Notes under the pieces: model-generated
The model's database searches: none
What the model saw: the letters and a program-made list of their open reading frames with translations, nothing else
Told to the model about the DNA's origin: nothing
Source of the DNA: Dehalococcoidia bacterium
GTDB taxonomy: Bacteria > Chloroflexota > Dehalococcoidia > Lucifugimonadales > UBA3495
Assembly: GCA_003523055.1 (NCBI GenBank)
Contig: DPHC01000002.1
Coordinates: 282,041-346,040 of the forward strand
DNA: 64,000 nucleotides
Direction: 5' to 3'
Part shown: positions 9,737 to 19,653 of the stretch, piece by piece
Position numbering within the stretch: position 1 is the stretch's first letter
Layout of the letters: each line of letters begins with the position of its first letter
Translations under genes and position numbers: made by a program

Positions 9737-11310
9737 TATTCTCCTAAATTCTTATCTTTCTTCAACCAATCAGAAACTTTTTCTGCCATCATAATAACTG
9801 TTGCATTAGTATTAGATCTGACTACGTCTGGCATCACAGATGCGTCTACGATTTTCAAATTATGTAAGCCGTAAACATCACAAAATTGATTTACTACAGC
9901 CATAGTATCAGCCACAGGACCCATCTTACATGTTCCAGAAGAATGGTGATCAGTATACACGTTATCTAACAACCAATCATTTTGGGATGTCTCATCAATC
10001 AAGTCTTCATCAGTCGGGCTCACTCTACAAGTCACGTGGCTTTTAAGCGGTTCTTCTTCTATTATATTCAATACCATTTTCAACGCATCTCTCATACGTT
10101 TCAGGTCATAATCTTCAGATAAATAATTATAATGTATGTACGGATAGTCATGAGGGTCAGATGAATTCAAGGTTAATTCACCAAAACCAATGGCATTCTG
10201 CAATGCAAAACTGATACCGAAATGAAAGTCTTCAGATTCAATCTGTACGCTTCTAGGGGCATGTTCGCTTGACATCAAAATAGGGCAAATCTTCAAGTCA
10301 GATCTTGTGTCCGAGCTGTCAGGACTACAAGTTAATCCTACTTGAATACTGGGAGCATCTGCTCCCAGAAGAGGTGTATCTCCCTGCAATAGCACAAAAG
10401 CTGCAGGATGATCTCTTAAATTTTTCCCAATCCCTGGCAATTCATGAAGTAGCTTGATATCGTGCTTTTCGATGACATCTCTCGGTCCAATTCCAGACAG
10501 CATCATTAGTTGAGGGGTTGCTATGGCTCCACAAGATATTATTATTTGTTCACCGTACAAATTGTAATTCTCGCCTTGACTCTCTACTCTAACTCCAATT
10601 GCTTTATTCTCATTTAAGATAATATTTTTTACTAAAACGGCACTTCGTATAGTCAAGTTCACACGATGCCTACAAATATTTAAATAGGTTAACGTAGTGC
10701 TCATTCGCATTCCGTCAATATTATTCAAAGCTCTCATTCCAATACCATCAGATTCAGGGGCATTTTGGTCATTATCCTCCGAGTAACCCATAGATAAACA
10801 AGACTGATAAAATTTAGCAAAAGACGGTAGTAGTTCGTCTTTTTTATATCTCCGAACTGGTATAGGGCCATCATTTCCATGTATATCGCTAGATTCAAAA
10901 TCTAAGTCATTCTCAAATTTCCTGAAATAAGGTAAAACTTTATCAAATGCCCATTCTGTGTTGCCCCAACTAGCCCAGTTATCATAGTCTTCTGGAACTC
11001 CTCGGCATATTACTTGCCCATTTATAGAGCTAGAGCCTCCAACAACTTTACCTCTTGGAATTATTATAGGATCTTTCCTGTCTTTTCTTGCTATAGCAGG
11101 GTACCCCCAACTATGTGGGCCATATGCTGATCGCCACATATTGTTGCCCAATTTGATATCATCTGGGATCGTATCAAAATTGGGGTAATCAGGGCCAGCT
11201 TCTAAAAGTAAAACAGAAACATTTGGATTTTCTGACAATCTTGCAGCCAGAACACATCCTGCAGAACCGGCTCCGACAATAATATAGTCATATGTCATAG
11301 GTGTATCCAT
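9736..11310 (-). CDS. GMC family FAD-dependent oxidoreductase, upstream copy of a tandem pair
   Basis: 524 aa with the same motifs (IIVGAGSAGCVLA, GGSSSINGQV, HHSSGTCKMG). It is collinear with 8186..9736 over its full length and shares long identical nucleotide runs. Confidence 0.9.
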   Translation of the reverse strand: MDTPMTYDYIIVGAGSAGCVLAARLSENPNVSVLLLEAGPDYPNFDTIPDDIKLGNNMWRSAYGPHSWGYPAIARKDRKDPIIIPRGKVVGGSSSINGQVICRGVPEDYDNWASWGNTEWAFDKVLPYFRKFENDLDFESSDIHGNDGPIPVRRYKKDELLPSFAKFYQSCLSMGYSEDNDQNAPESDGIGMRALNNIDGMRMSTTLTYLNICRHRVNLTIRSAVLVKNIILNENKAIGVRVESQGENYNLYGEQIIISCGAIATPQLMMLSGIGPRDVIEKHDIKLLHELPGIGKNLRDHPAAFVLLQGDTPLLGADAPSIQVGLTCSPDSSDTRSDLKICPILMSSEHAPRSVQIESEDFHFGISFALQNAIGFGELTLNSSDPHDYPYIHYNYLSEDYDLKRMRDALKMVLNIIEEEPLKSHVTCRVSPTDEDLIDETSQNDWLLDNVYTDHHSSGTCKMGPVADTMAVVNQFCDVYGLHNLKIVDASVMPDVVRSNTNATVIMMAEKVSDWLKKDKNLGE

Positions 11311-12510
11311 TCACAAGACGCTACTCAGTAAATCTACAATTTCTGAAGGGTTTGTGACTTTTCTTACATTGCTATGAATTGGAAAATCTTCCATAGAATC
11401 GGTTGCTATAGTTTCAATGTCATCTCTAGTAATTCCTACTTCATTCAATTTAACTGGCATGTTGATATCATTGAACAATCCGGTTATCCAATCCGAGATT
11501 TCCAGAGTGCTATTCACTTTTGGTGTCAAAGCCCCAAAGTCTATTAAAGTATCAAAAACTCTTTTCATTCCAGATTTATTAGCAACAGCATTAAATTTGA
11601 TTCCTGGTGCAGTAATGATTGAATATGCAGCACCATGGCTACATTGTGGAAATCTTGTGTCTATAGAATGTGAGATAGCACTAACTATACCTAGGGAGCT
11701 TCCTCCTACGCCTCCATCGCAAGCTCGATTGTACAAAAAAGAGGCAGCACATAGGTTTAACCTAGGATCTGCACTATGGGAATCTGTTAAAACCAACGGT
11801 AAATTTACAAGTAACAACTTTAAAGCGCCATGCAAATCATTGAATGACAATGGATTTAACACAGATTTTGTCATCAAGCCAGCTAACACACCAGTAAGTA
11901 ATGAGCTAGAAGCACTAATTATTAATTCAGAGGTAGCAGTCAACAAAGCTTCTGAGTCCCAAATTACAGCCTCTGGTCTAGTTTTAGGATCAAACAATTC
12001 TAATCGAGTTCTTGTTTCTGGATCCATTAATGCAGTACCTCCTCTATTAGTAGCAGTAGTTGGAGTAGTAACCACGGAAATAGAAGGTATTTTCGGGGCA
12101 TTTAATCTCGGACTAAGAGGAGGTGAATTAAGAGGGTATTGGGTGCACAATTCAAAAGCTGATTTATTTTCGGCCAATAGAATTATAATACCTCTAGTAG
12201 TAACAATAGAACTCCCTCCACCGACAGATATAATGCAATCAATATTTAATCCTTTCGCCATCTGTACACCTTTAACGATAGATGGCAATGGAGAACTAGC
12301 TTCTGCTTCATCAAACACAGCTACTATTCTAGTGCTTGGATCTACAATGGCTTTTATTCTTTGGATCAAATTTGTCTTTGTAGCAATAGAGTTTCCACAA
12401 ACAATCATTACTCGTTTTGCCTTTAATCGATTCAATTCTGTATTTATACGGCTTAAGCTGTTATCCCCAGCATGGATTCTTACAGGGTATCCTACGTATC
12501 TTAAATCCAT
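11311..12510 (-). CDS. iron-containing alcohol dehydrogenase family protein (maleylacetate-reductase-like)
   Basis: Fe-ADH fold features are KRVMIVCG and VGGGSSIVTTRG. The track ORF starts at TTG 12528. I prefer ATG 12510 (MDLRY) because GAGGT sits just upstream. It abuts the GMC gene with no gap. Confidence 0.78.
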   Translation of the reverse strand: MDLRYVGYPVRIHAGDNSLSRINTELNRLKAKRVMIVCGNSIATKTNLIQRIKAIVDPSTRIVAVFDEAEASSPLPSIVKGVQMAKGLNIDCIISVGGGSSIVTTRGIIILLAENKSAFELCTQYPLNSPPLSPRLNAPKIPSISVVTTPTTATNRGGTALMDPETRTRLELFDPKTRPEAVIWDSEALLTATSELIISASSSLLTGVLAGLMTKSVLNPLSFNDLHGALKLLLVNLPLVLTDSHSADPRLNLCAASFLYNRACDGGVGGSSLGIVSAISHSIDTRFPQCSHGAAYSIITAPGIKFNAVANKSGMKRVFDTLIDFGALTPKVNSTLEISDWITGLFNDINMPVKLNEVGITRDDIETIATDSMEDFPIHSNVRKVTNPSEIVDLLSSVL

Positions 12511-12626
12511 ATGACCTCGCTTTTGCAAAATAGTAGATTCAACACTAACAGTTTAACAAAGTAAATCAAGCGGCGCCTCAACATGGTAAAATCAAAACAA
12601 TCAATTAATTTAAATTTAGGAAACTA

Positions 12627-13877
12627 ATGAATCCACACGTATTTATAAAAACTCATGGCTGTAAATTGAACCAAGCTGATAGCATTCAAATTACCGATGA
12701 GTTCTCCAATCAAGGTTTTAACATAACTGCACAAGAAAGCGACGCTCAAGTAGTGATCCTAAACACCTGCACTGTAACAGCAACAGCCGACTCTAAAGCC
12801 CGACAATACATAAATAGAATTAAACGAACCAACCCTGATGCCTTGGTCGTAGTAACTGGATGCTATGCAGAACTAAGCCCAGAAACAATAAAACAGGAGC
12901 ACCCTGACTGTTTAGTATTAGGTAACAAGAGTAAGAAAATTCTTGTATCGGAAGTTAAAAACCACTTTCAACATAATATACAGTTGGGACAAATAACAAG
13001 TACACCCATGTTAAAGACTAGAGCAATGCTGAAAATACAAGAAGGATGTAACCAAGTGTGCGCATACTGCATAGTGCCAAAAGTTAGAGGAAGAGAAAAA
13101 AGCATTCCATCAACGCTTATTACAAACCAGATAAATAACTTCCATAAGAATGGTTATCAAGAAGTAGTACTAACAGGAACTCAGTTAGGAACCTATGGAT
13201 TCGACTTACAAGACGAAAATTTAGTGACTTTGATCAGCACGATTCTTAGAGACACTTCAGTCCCTAGAATACGCATATCCTCTCTACAAGCACATGAGAT
13301 CAGCACTGAATTGTTATCACTATGGAGTAACCACCGTCTATTAAATCACTTACATATACCATTACAAAGTGGAGATGATAGCATATTAGAGTCAATGAGG
13401 CGGAGATACACCACATCTGTTTTCTCGGATTCAGTGGAATTGGCACGAAATCTAATACCTAATGTAAGTATAACTACCGACTGGATTGTTGGATTTCCAG
13501 GAGAAACTAATGATCAATTCGAAAAGTCCACTAAATTCGTAAAGTCGATGGGATTTTCAGACATCCATGCTTTCCCTTATTCCATAAGGCCTGGCACATC
13601 CGCAGCTCATTTTAAAAATCAAATTACTCCTGAAACAAAAAAAATCCGCATGATTGAAGCTTTAGCACAAAAATCAGATAGTTCTGAAAGATACAAACAA
13701 TCAATGATAGGAAAATCATTCGATGTACTCTGGGAAAGCACATCTTCAACAACGTATAATTATGGACTTACTTCAAACTACATCAAGGTCAAAAAAATGT
13801 CTGACGAAACTGTCTCAAACTCCATAACGAATGAAACGCTTCTAAAATTAGATGGGAAAGAAATATTAACTAAATAG
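12627..13877 (+). CDS. mtaB: radical-SAM methylthiotransferase, MiaB/MtaB family (MtaB-like)
   Basis: 416 aa. UPF0004 N-terminal cysteines are HGCKLNQ, NTCTV and TGCY. The radical-SAM motif is CNQVCAYC. The C-terminal segment is TRAM-like. Confidence 0.8.
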   Translation: MNPHVFIKTHGCKLNQADSIQITDEFSNQGFNITAQESDAQVVILNTCTVTATADSKARQYINRIKRTNPDALVVVTGCYAELSPETIKQEHPDCLVLGNKSKKILVSEVKNHFQHNIQLGQITSTPMLKTRAMLKIQEGCNQVCAYCIVPKVRGREKSIPSTLITNQINNFHKNGYQEVVLTGTQLGTYGFDLQDENLVTLISTILRDTSVPRIRISSLQAHEISTELLSLWSNHRLLNHLHIPLQSGDDSILESMRRRYTTSVFSDSVELARNLIPNVSITTDWIVGFPGETNDQFEKSTKFVKSMGFSDIHAFPYSIRPGTSAAHFKNQITPETKKIRMIEALAQKSDSSERYKQSMIGKSFDVLWESTSSTTYNYGLTSNYIKVKKMSDETVSNSITNETLLKLDGKEILTK

Positions 13878-13904
13878 GCATCTATTCAATTAACAAATAA
13901 TTGC

Positions 13905-14738
13905 CTATTCGAAATTAATAGGCCGTAAATAAGTAGTAGAATTCCTTTTTTCCAAGTATCCCGCCTTAGTATCATGGCCGTGTGAAAAAACAAGTAACCA
14001 GCCCTGTTTTTCTGCTTCTTCCAATATAAATCGTTTTTGTTCCAAGGTCTTTTCTGGTGAATGGTCAAATGCCGATATCACTCCTAAATTTAAGTGATGA
14101 TGCGTTGGAATCAAATCTCCTAAAAATACTATTCGCTCTCCTCCATGATTAAACAATACCACTTGGTGCCCATCAGCACATCCGTCTGTTCTTATAACGT
14201 TTATTCCGGGCATTATCTCGCTGTCGCCATCTATCATTTCAAGTTGCCCTTTTTCAAATAGCGGCAAGTAGTCATCCACGTCATGTTTATCAATGTTTCG
14301 TTCATTCAGATTAGTTGCGGAGTCCCAACATTGCCGTTGCACATAATAGTCGGCTTTAGGGAACGTAGCTACCAGGTTGCCTGCTCTGTCCATTCGAGTG
14401 CATCCTCCGGAATGATCAAATTGCAAGTCAGTTAATATGACTTTATTAATATCTTTTGGCCTAACACCAAGGTTTCTAAGTCCTTTTAGAAGCCTACTAG
14501 GAACTAACCCAAGAACTTCTTTGTTTTTTTCATGGTCTTTAGGGCCTACACCTGTGTCAACTAAAATGTTTTTTCCACCAATTTGTAAAAGTAGGCAATT
14601 AAGGCCTAAAGTAATTCTATTTTTGCGATCAGTTGGGACTGTACCTTCCCAAGACAATTTAGGCATAGACCCAAACATAGATCCGCCATCCATTTTCATG
14701 TTTCCATCACTAAGTATTTTAATCTCTGTAGACAACAT
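13905..14738 (-). CDS. MBL-fold metallo-hydrolase
   Basis: 277 aa. The beta-lactamase-fold region reads ILVDTG...LTDLQFDHSGG...DGH...GD...H. GGAGGAGGTG lies upstream of the ATG. Confidence 0.78.
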   Translation of the reverse strand: MLSTEIKILSDGNMKMDGGSMFGSMPKLSWEGTVPTDRKNRITLGLNCLLLQIGGKNILVDTGVGPKDHEKNKEVLGLVPSRLLKGLRNLGVRPKDINKVILTDLQFDHSGGCTRMDRAGNLVATFPKADYYVQRQCWDSATNLNERNIDKHDVDDYLPLFEKGQLEMIDGDSEIMPGINVIRTDGCADGHQVVLFNHGGERIVFLGDLIPTHHHLNLGVISAFDHSPEKTLEQKRFILEEAEKQGWLLVFSHGHDTKAGYLEKRNSTTYLRPINFE

Positions 14739-14972
14739 TCGCGATCACCTCCTCCAAGACTTCCCTATTATTCAATTTGCCATAAACGTGAATAATTCAT
14801 TTTGTTTTGCCCTTTGTATTATCGTCAATCTACTACCCGTATACTAACGATTGTCAAGGTACTATCTAATCATTTTATTTATATAATTTTAAGAAAAATA
14901 TCAAAAATGTCAAATACCAAGTTACAGCAAACAACTAGCAAACACATTACACATAATCAAATAAAGGCTTTT

Positions 14973-16436
14973 CTAATTAATTTTAAACAAATCTAACGCA
15001 GCATCAATTCTAAGTAGTGTCACATTCTTTCCTAAAATTTCTATCACATCAAATAAAGGAGGTGTTGCTGATTTTCCTGTTAATACATTTCTCAGTAATC
15101 CAAAGTATTTTCTCGGAGAGGACTCCAATCTAGTGCAAATATCTCTTAAATCAACTTCCAATATACTTTTATTAAAATTAGACGATTCAAGGAAATACTG
15201 TCGGCTCATAAATAGTGCATTGTAAATTTCTTCGTCATCCATTCCCACAGTAGATATCAAATCTTTATTCATATCGATTTCCTGTGTGAAAAAATATTCG
15301 ATCATTTCTGGAGCATCCATTAAGTTCTTTAACCTAGGTGCTATAAGAGGAGTTATTTTAGCTAATATTTCGTCATCCAGAAGAATCCCTCTACCTTTGT
15401 AAGCGTCTATGCACACATTTTTGACCGCTACAAGCAGGTCATTATTATCTAAACTCCTGATGTACATACCATTCATCCAATTTAATTTATCAATGTCAAA
15501 GACTGCCGCAGGTTTACCTACTCGTTTTAAATCGAATGAAGCAACCATATCTTCAACAGATATAATCTCAGTATGATCATCTATAGACCATCCGAGTAAT
15601 ACCATAAAATTTATTACTGCTGATGGTAAGTACCCTAAATCGCGATATTCTAAAATTGATGTAGCGCCATGTCGTTTAGATAATTTAGAACGGTCTGGGC
15701 CCAAAATCATTGGGAGGTGCCCAAATTTAGGCATTTCGTAACCTAAAGACTGGTATAACAAGACATGCCTAGGGGTACTTGGAAGCCATTCTTCGGCTCT
15801 CAAGACGTGACTGATTTTCATTGCATGATCATCAATCACATTTGCTAAATGGTAAGTAGGATAACCATCAGATTTAACAAGAACGAAATCATCAAGAAAA
15901 TCTGTATTCCATTCAACTTGGCCTCTAACAATGTCATCTATAACTACAATTTCACTAGACGGAACTCTATATCTCACTACATAGGTGTCTCCAGAATTGA
16001 TATGTTCCTTGATCTGGGTACTTGTCAATGACAGACAATGCCTATCATATTTGATGTCTGCTTTACTATCTGTTTGCTCTTTTCTTAATTTAGTCAATCT
16101 ATCTCTTGTACAAAAACACTTATATGCATGACCGGAGTTCAACAAAACTTCTACATTTGCGTCATATATTTTCAGTCTTTCTGATTGCATGTACGGACTA
16201 TAAGGACCTCCTATATCAGGGCCCTCATCCCAATCTATGCCCAACCATTTCAGCGCATCAAATATTCCTTCATAGGCTCCTTCAACTAATCGTTCTTGGT
16301 CTGTGTCTTCCATTCTAACTATAAATTTACCGCCATTATTTCTAGCATACAACCAATTAAAAAAAGCGGTGCGTACATTACCTATATGAGGTTGGCCAGT
16401 GGGACTAGGCGCATATCTTACTCGAACTTCAGTCAT
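14973..16436 (-). CDS. gltX: glutamate--tRNA ligase
   Basis: 487 aa. The HIGH-type motif is SPTGQPHIGNVRTA and the KMSKS-type motif is KLSKRHG. Confidence 0.95.
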   Translation of the reverse strand: MTEVRVRYAPSPTGQPHIGNVRTAFFNWLYARNNGGKFIVRMEDTDQERLVEGAYEGIFDALKWLGIDWDEGPDIGGPYSPYMQSERLKIYDANVEVLLNSGHAYKCFCTRDRLTKLRKEQTDSKADIKYDRHCLSLTSTQIKEHINSGDTYVVRYRVPSSEIVVIDDIVRGQVEWNTDFLDDFVLVKSDGYPTYHLANVIDDHAMKISHVLRAEEWLPSTPRHVLLYQSLGYEMPKFGHLPMILGPDRSKLSKRHGATSILEYRDLGYLPSAVINFMVLLGWSIDDHTEIISVEDMVASFDLKRVGKPAAVFDIDKLNWMNGMYIRSLDNNDLLVAVKNVCIDAYKGRGILLDDEILAKITPLIAPRLKNLMDAPEMIEYFFTQEIDMNKDLISTVGMDDEEIYNALFMSRQYFLESSNFNKSILEVDLRDICTRLESSPRKYFGLLRNVLTGKSATPPLFDVIEILGKNVTLLRIDAALDLFKIN

Positions 16437-16448
16437 ATATTTCCTTGA

Positions 16449-18098
16449 TTAATTTTGATTTCGTTTACCCCAGGAATCTCTTAAACTAACGGTTTGATTG
16501 AATATTATAGTTCCATCCTGTGAATCATATATATCTCGACAATAATATCCTAACCGTTCAAATTGAAAAACTTGGCCCGCAACGCTGTTTGCCAAAGATT
16601 CTTCAAGTAAGCATTCGGTAAAAATTGTTTCAGATTCAATTTCGTCAGTTTCCGAGTTCTTAAGCAGATAATCAAAATGTTTTACAATTCCTTTTACTGC
16701 ATGAGAGGCTGAAACCCAATGGACTGTGCCTCTGATGCGTCTCCCATCGGACGGCATACCACCTCGAGATTCAAAATCAATGTCGCAATGGATTTCAGAT
16801 ACTACATTAGTAACAGGGTCTACTGTATATGAAGTGCATTTCGCTATATATGCATATCTAAGCCTAACTTCATTACCCGGAGCAAATCTATAGAATTTGT
16901 TTTCAGGATATTCTTGAAAGTCTGAGTTTTCTATAAATAAATATTTGCTGAAAGGCAGTCTACGAGTACCGTCTTCCAATTTTTCAGGATTATTAGCGGC
17001 ATCGAAAAATTCTACCTTGCCTTCTGGATAATTATCAATAACCAATTTAAGGGGATTAATTACTCCTAAAACCCTCTTAGCAGAAGCATTAAGATCTTCT
17101 CTCAAACAATGTTCTAAAAGTTGTATTTCTATAACGCTATCGCGTTTGCTTAATCCTACTTTAGAGCAAAATTCTCTTATGGCACTGGGTGTATATCCTC
17201 TACGTCTCATCCCAGATAAAGTTGGCATTCTAGGATCATCCCAGCCATTAACTTTAGAATCTTCTACGAAGGATAATAGATTTCTTTTACTCAAAACTGT
17301 GTGGGTTATGTTCAGGCGTGGGAATTCTATTTGCCTGGGATGAAACAAGTCTAAACTATCAAGGATCCAGTCATACAAAGGTCTATGATCTTCAAATTCT
17401 AAAGTGCATATTGAATGTGTTATTTGCTCTATTGAATCAGAAACACAATGAGCAAAATCATACATAGGGTAGATGCACCATTTAGAACCAGTTCTATAAT
17501 GTGATACGTGTCGTATTCGATATAGGGTAGGATCTCTCATATTCAAATTAGGTGAAGCCATATCAATTTTGGCTCTTAATACTTTATCACCTTCAGGGAT
17601 CAATCCATTTTTCATGTTGCTAAATAACTCTAGGTTTTCTTTTACAGTTCTATTTCTGTATGGGCTGTTTTCACCCGGAGTAGTTAAAGTTCCTCTTAAT
17701 TTCCGTATATCTTCAAAATTCAAATCACAGACATATGCTTTACCTAGTTCTATGAGTGTGACGGCATGCTCATAAAATTGATCAAAATAGTCAGATGCGT
17801 AAAATAAATTATTACCCCAGTCAAAACCAAGCCAAGATACATTTTCTTTAATCGCCTCTACAAATTCATTACTCTCTTTTGAAGGATTAGTATCATCGAG
17901 TCGTAAGTGGCATTTAGCATTTTCATATTGTTCAACTATACCGAAATTGAGGCATATAGATTTAGCATGTCCGATATGCAGGTATCCATTGGGCTCTGGA
18001 GGGAATCGTGTAACAATATTTTTTGAAAATCGGCCCTCATCAATATCGTCATTGATAGCTTGGTATATAAAATTTATAGGTTTTTCGATATCTTCCAT
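16449..18098 (-). CDS. glnS: glutamine--tRNA ligase
   Basis: Motifs RFPPEPNGYLHIGHAKS and VLSKRNL, with GlnRS-type C-terminal beta-barrel domains. The track ORF begins at GTG 18128. ATG 18098 (MEDIEKPINFIYQ) aligns with the usual GlnRS N-terminus. Confidence 0.92.
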   Translation of the reverse strand: MEDIEKPINFIYQAINDDIDEGRFSKNIVTRFPPEPNGYLHIGHAKSICLNFGIVEQYENAKCHLRLDDTNPSKESNEFVEAIKENVSWLGFDWGNNLFYASDYFDQFYEHAVTLIELGKAYVCDLNFEDIRKLRGTLTTPGENSPYRNRTVKENLELFSNMKNGLIPEGDKVLRAKIDMASPNLNMRDPTLYRIRHVSHYRTGSKWCIYPMYDFAHCVSDSIEQITHSICTLEFEDHRPLYDWILDSLDLFHPRQIEFPRLNITHTVLSKRNLLSFVEDSKVNGWDDPRMPTLSGMRRRGYTPSAIREFCSKVGLSKRDSVIEIQLLEHCLREDLNASAKRVLGVINPLKLVIDNYPEGKVEFFDAANNPEKLEDGTRRLPFSKYLFIENSDFQEYPENKFYRFAPGNEVRLRYAYIAKCTSYTVDPVTNVVSEIHCDIDFESRGGMPSDGRRIRGTVHWVSASHAVKGIVKHFDYLLKNSETDEIESETIFTECLLEESLANSVAGQVFQFERLGYYCRDIYDSQDGTIIFNQTVSLRDSWGKRNQN

Positions 18099-18186
18099 TA
18101 CGCTCGGCCCGTATGTTATTAGAAACACAATTTTAGCATGCCTGATAACATATTGCAGGAATTAATGGATCAAATTAAGAAGTAAT

Positions 18187-19119
18187 TTAAGATAACGATG
18201 CATCAAACCCTAATTCTTTTAACACGCTATCTAAAGATTCTGGTAATACACTCTGAAAAACCATAGGTTCCAATGTAACAGGATGGGTAAAACCAAGGGA
18301 TCTTGCATGCAAAAATTGTCTTTCAAGACCTGTGAACTTAACTCCATAAACTGAATCTCCTACCATCTTGCACCCTTTATAGGCCATGTGAACCCTTATT
18401 TGATGGGTTCTTCCAGTGTGTAATATTATTTTCAACAACGTAAGTCCATTTCCACGTTGTAAAACTGAGTATTCAGTTTTAGCATATCTACCAGTATCTA
18501 TCACAGCCATTTTTTTTCTATCTTTAGGGTGTCGGCCTATTGGCGCTTCAATGAATCCATGGTTATCTCTCAAATCACCTTGAACAAGCGTGATGTATTC
18601 TTTAAAAACTTGCCGAGATTTCATTTGCTCAGATAAACTAATCAAAGCTCCGTTAGATTTAGCTACTACAATCAATCCCGAGGTGTCTTTGTCCAATCTA
18701 TGAACTATACCTGGGCGAATTTCGTCACCTATCCCCTGTAAATCAGGACATAAGTAGAGTAGTCCGTTAACTAGAGTATCATCTTCATGTCCAGGACCTG
18801 GATGGACTGGTACCCCTGCGTCTTTATCAATAACTAATAGGCTTTCATCTTGGAAAATAATGTTCAATGGGATTTTTCTGGCTATAACTTTTGATTGTTT
18901 AATTTCAGGAGTAGATATAGTGATTTCATCTTTAGAATATAGTCGTTGAGAAACTTTACAGTCATTTCCGTTCAATTTTATAAAGCCTTCAACGATCAAG
19001 TGCTTAATTCTGCTTCTGGTTAACTCTAATGGCTGCTGGAATAGATAGGTGTCAATACGTGGGTGGTCTTCTAATACTGTCACTTTTACGAGCCCACGAT
19101 TTGTTACATTATAATTCAT
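18187..19119 (-). CDS. rluD: RluA/RluD family 23S rRNA pseudouridine synthase
   Basis: 310 aa. It has an N-terminal S4-like domain, the catalytic motif HRLDKDTSG, and GRTHQIRVH. Confidence 0.9.
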   Translation of the reverse strand: MNYNVTNRGLVKVTVLEDHPRIDTYLFQQPLELTRSRIKHLIVEGFIKLNGNDCKVSQRLYSKDEITISTPEIKQSKVIARKIPLNIIFQDESLLVIDKDAGVPVHPGPGHEDDTLVNGLLYLCPDLQGIGDEIRPGIVHRLDKDTSGLIVVAKSNGALISLSEQMKSRQVFKEYITLVQGDLRDNHGFIEAPIGRHPKDRKKMAVIDTGRYAKTEYSVLQRGNGLTLLKIILHTGRTHQIRVHMAYKGCKMVGDSVYGVKFTGLERQFLHARSLGFTHPVTLEPMVFQSVLPESLDSVLKELGFDASLS

Positions 19120-19164
19120 TTTCAGACCTGTTGTTCATTGTATTAATGCCAACCAATAATTATA

Positions 19165-19650
19165 TTAGCTTGAAGATTCACCTTTTTCTGTTAATACTAA
19201 AAAACCTAATATAAATAATCCAACTACTATACTGGAATCTGCGATGTTAAATACTGGCCATATTCCTATGTCAATAAAATCTGTGACATGACCTAACCAG
19301 ATTCTATCGGACAAATTACCTAAAGCTCCGCCTAATTGCAACCCTAAAGACAATTTTATCAATGTACCCTTATTGGAGTAAGATTTATAAATCCAAATCA
19401 ACAAACCCACGGCTAAAACCGATGCAAGAATCAAAGGAAAATTATATCCCTGAAATATTCCAAACAAACTTCCAGTGTTGTATACATGCGTAAACCTGAA
19501 AAAACCTGTGGCAGGAATAGATTGGCCAAATACCAATAAATCTCTGATCAAAAATTTAGACAATTGATCTGTTAATAAAACTACTGCTATTACCGCGAGC
19601 AACATAACAGGAACGGTACGTTTTTTATTATTTAGTACGGGAGACAACAT
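19165..19650 (-). CDS. lspA: lipoprotein signal peptidase (signal peptidase II)
   Basis: 161 aa with four TM segments. Motifs NTGSLFG and FNIADS are present. The lspA-rluD order is the conserved one. Confidence 0.9.
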   Translation of the reverse strand: MLSPVLNNKKRTVPVMLLAVIAVVLLTDQLSKFLIRDLLVFGQSIPATGFFRFTHVYNTGSLFGIFQGYNFPLILASVLAVGLLIWIYKSYSNKGTLIKLSLGLQLGGALGNLSDRIWLGHVTDFIDIGIWPVFNIADSSIVVGLFILGFLVLTEKGESSS

Positions 19651-19653
19651 AAA

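Noticed and set aside
11417-12514. 365-aa ORF on the plus strand
   Set aside because: It is entirely antisense to the Fe-ADH family gene, which has clear family motifs (GGGS). The product is low-complexity with no recognisable domain, as expected for a shadow ORF in a low-GC genome.
14739-14972. 234-bp AT-rich intergenic region, checked for a small RNA, a tRNA or a short gene (track ORF 14802..14996)
   Set aside because: I see no tRNA-like T-arm or anticodon structure, no conserved ncRNA motif that I recognise, and no SD for the ORF. It most likely holds only the promoter of the MBL-fold gene and the 3' UTR of gltX.
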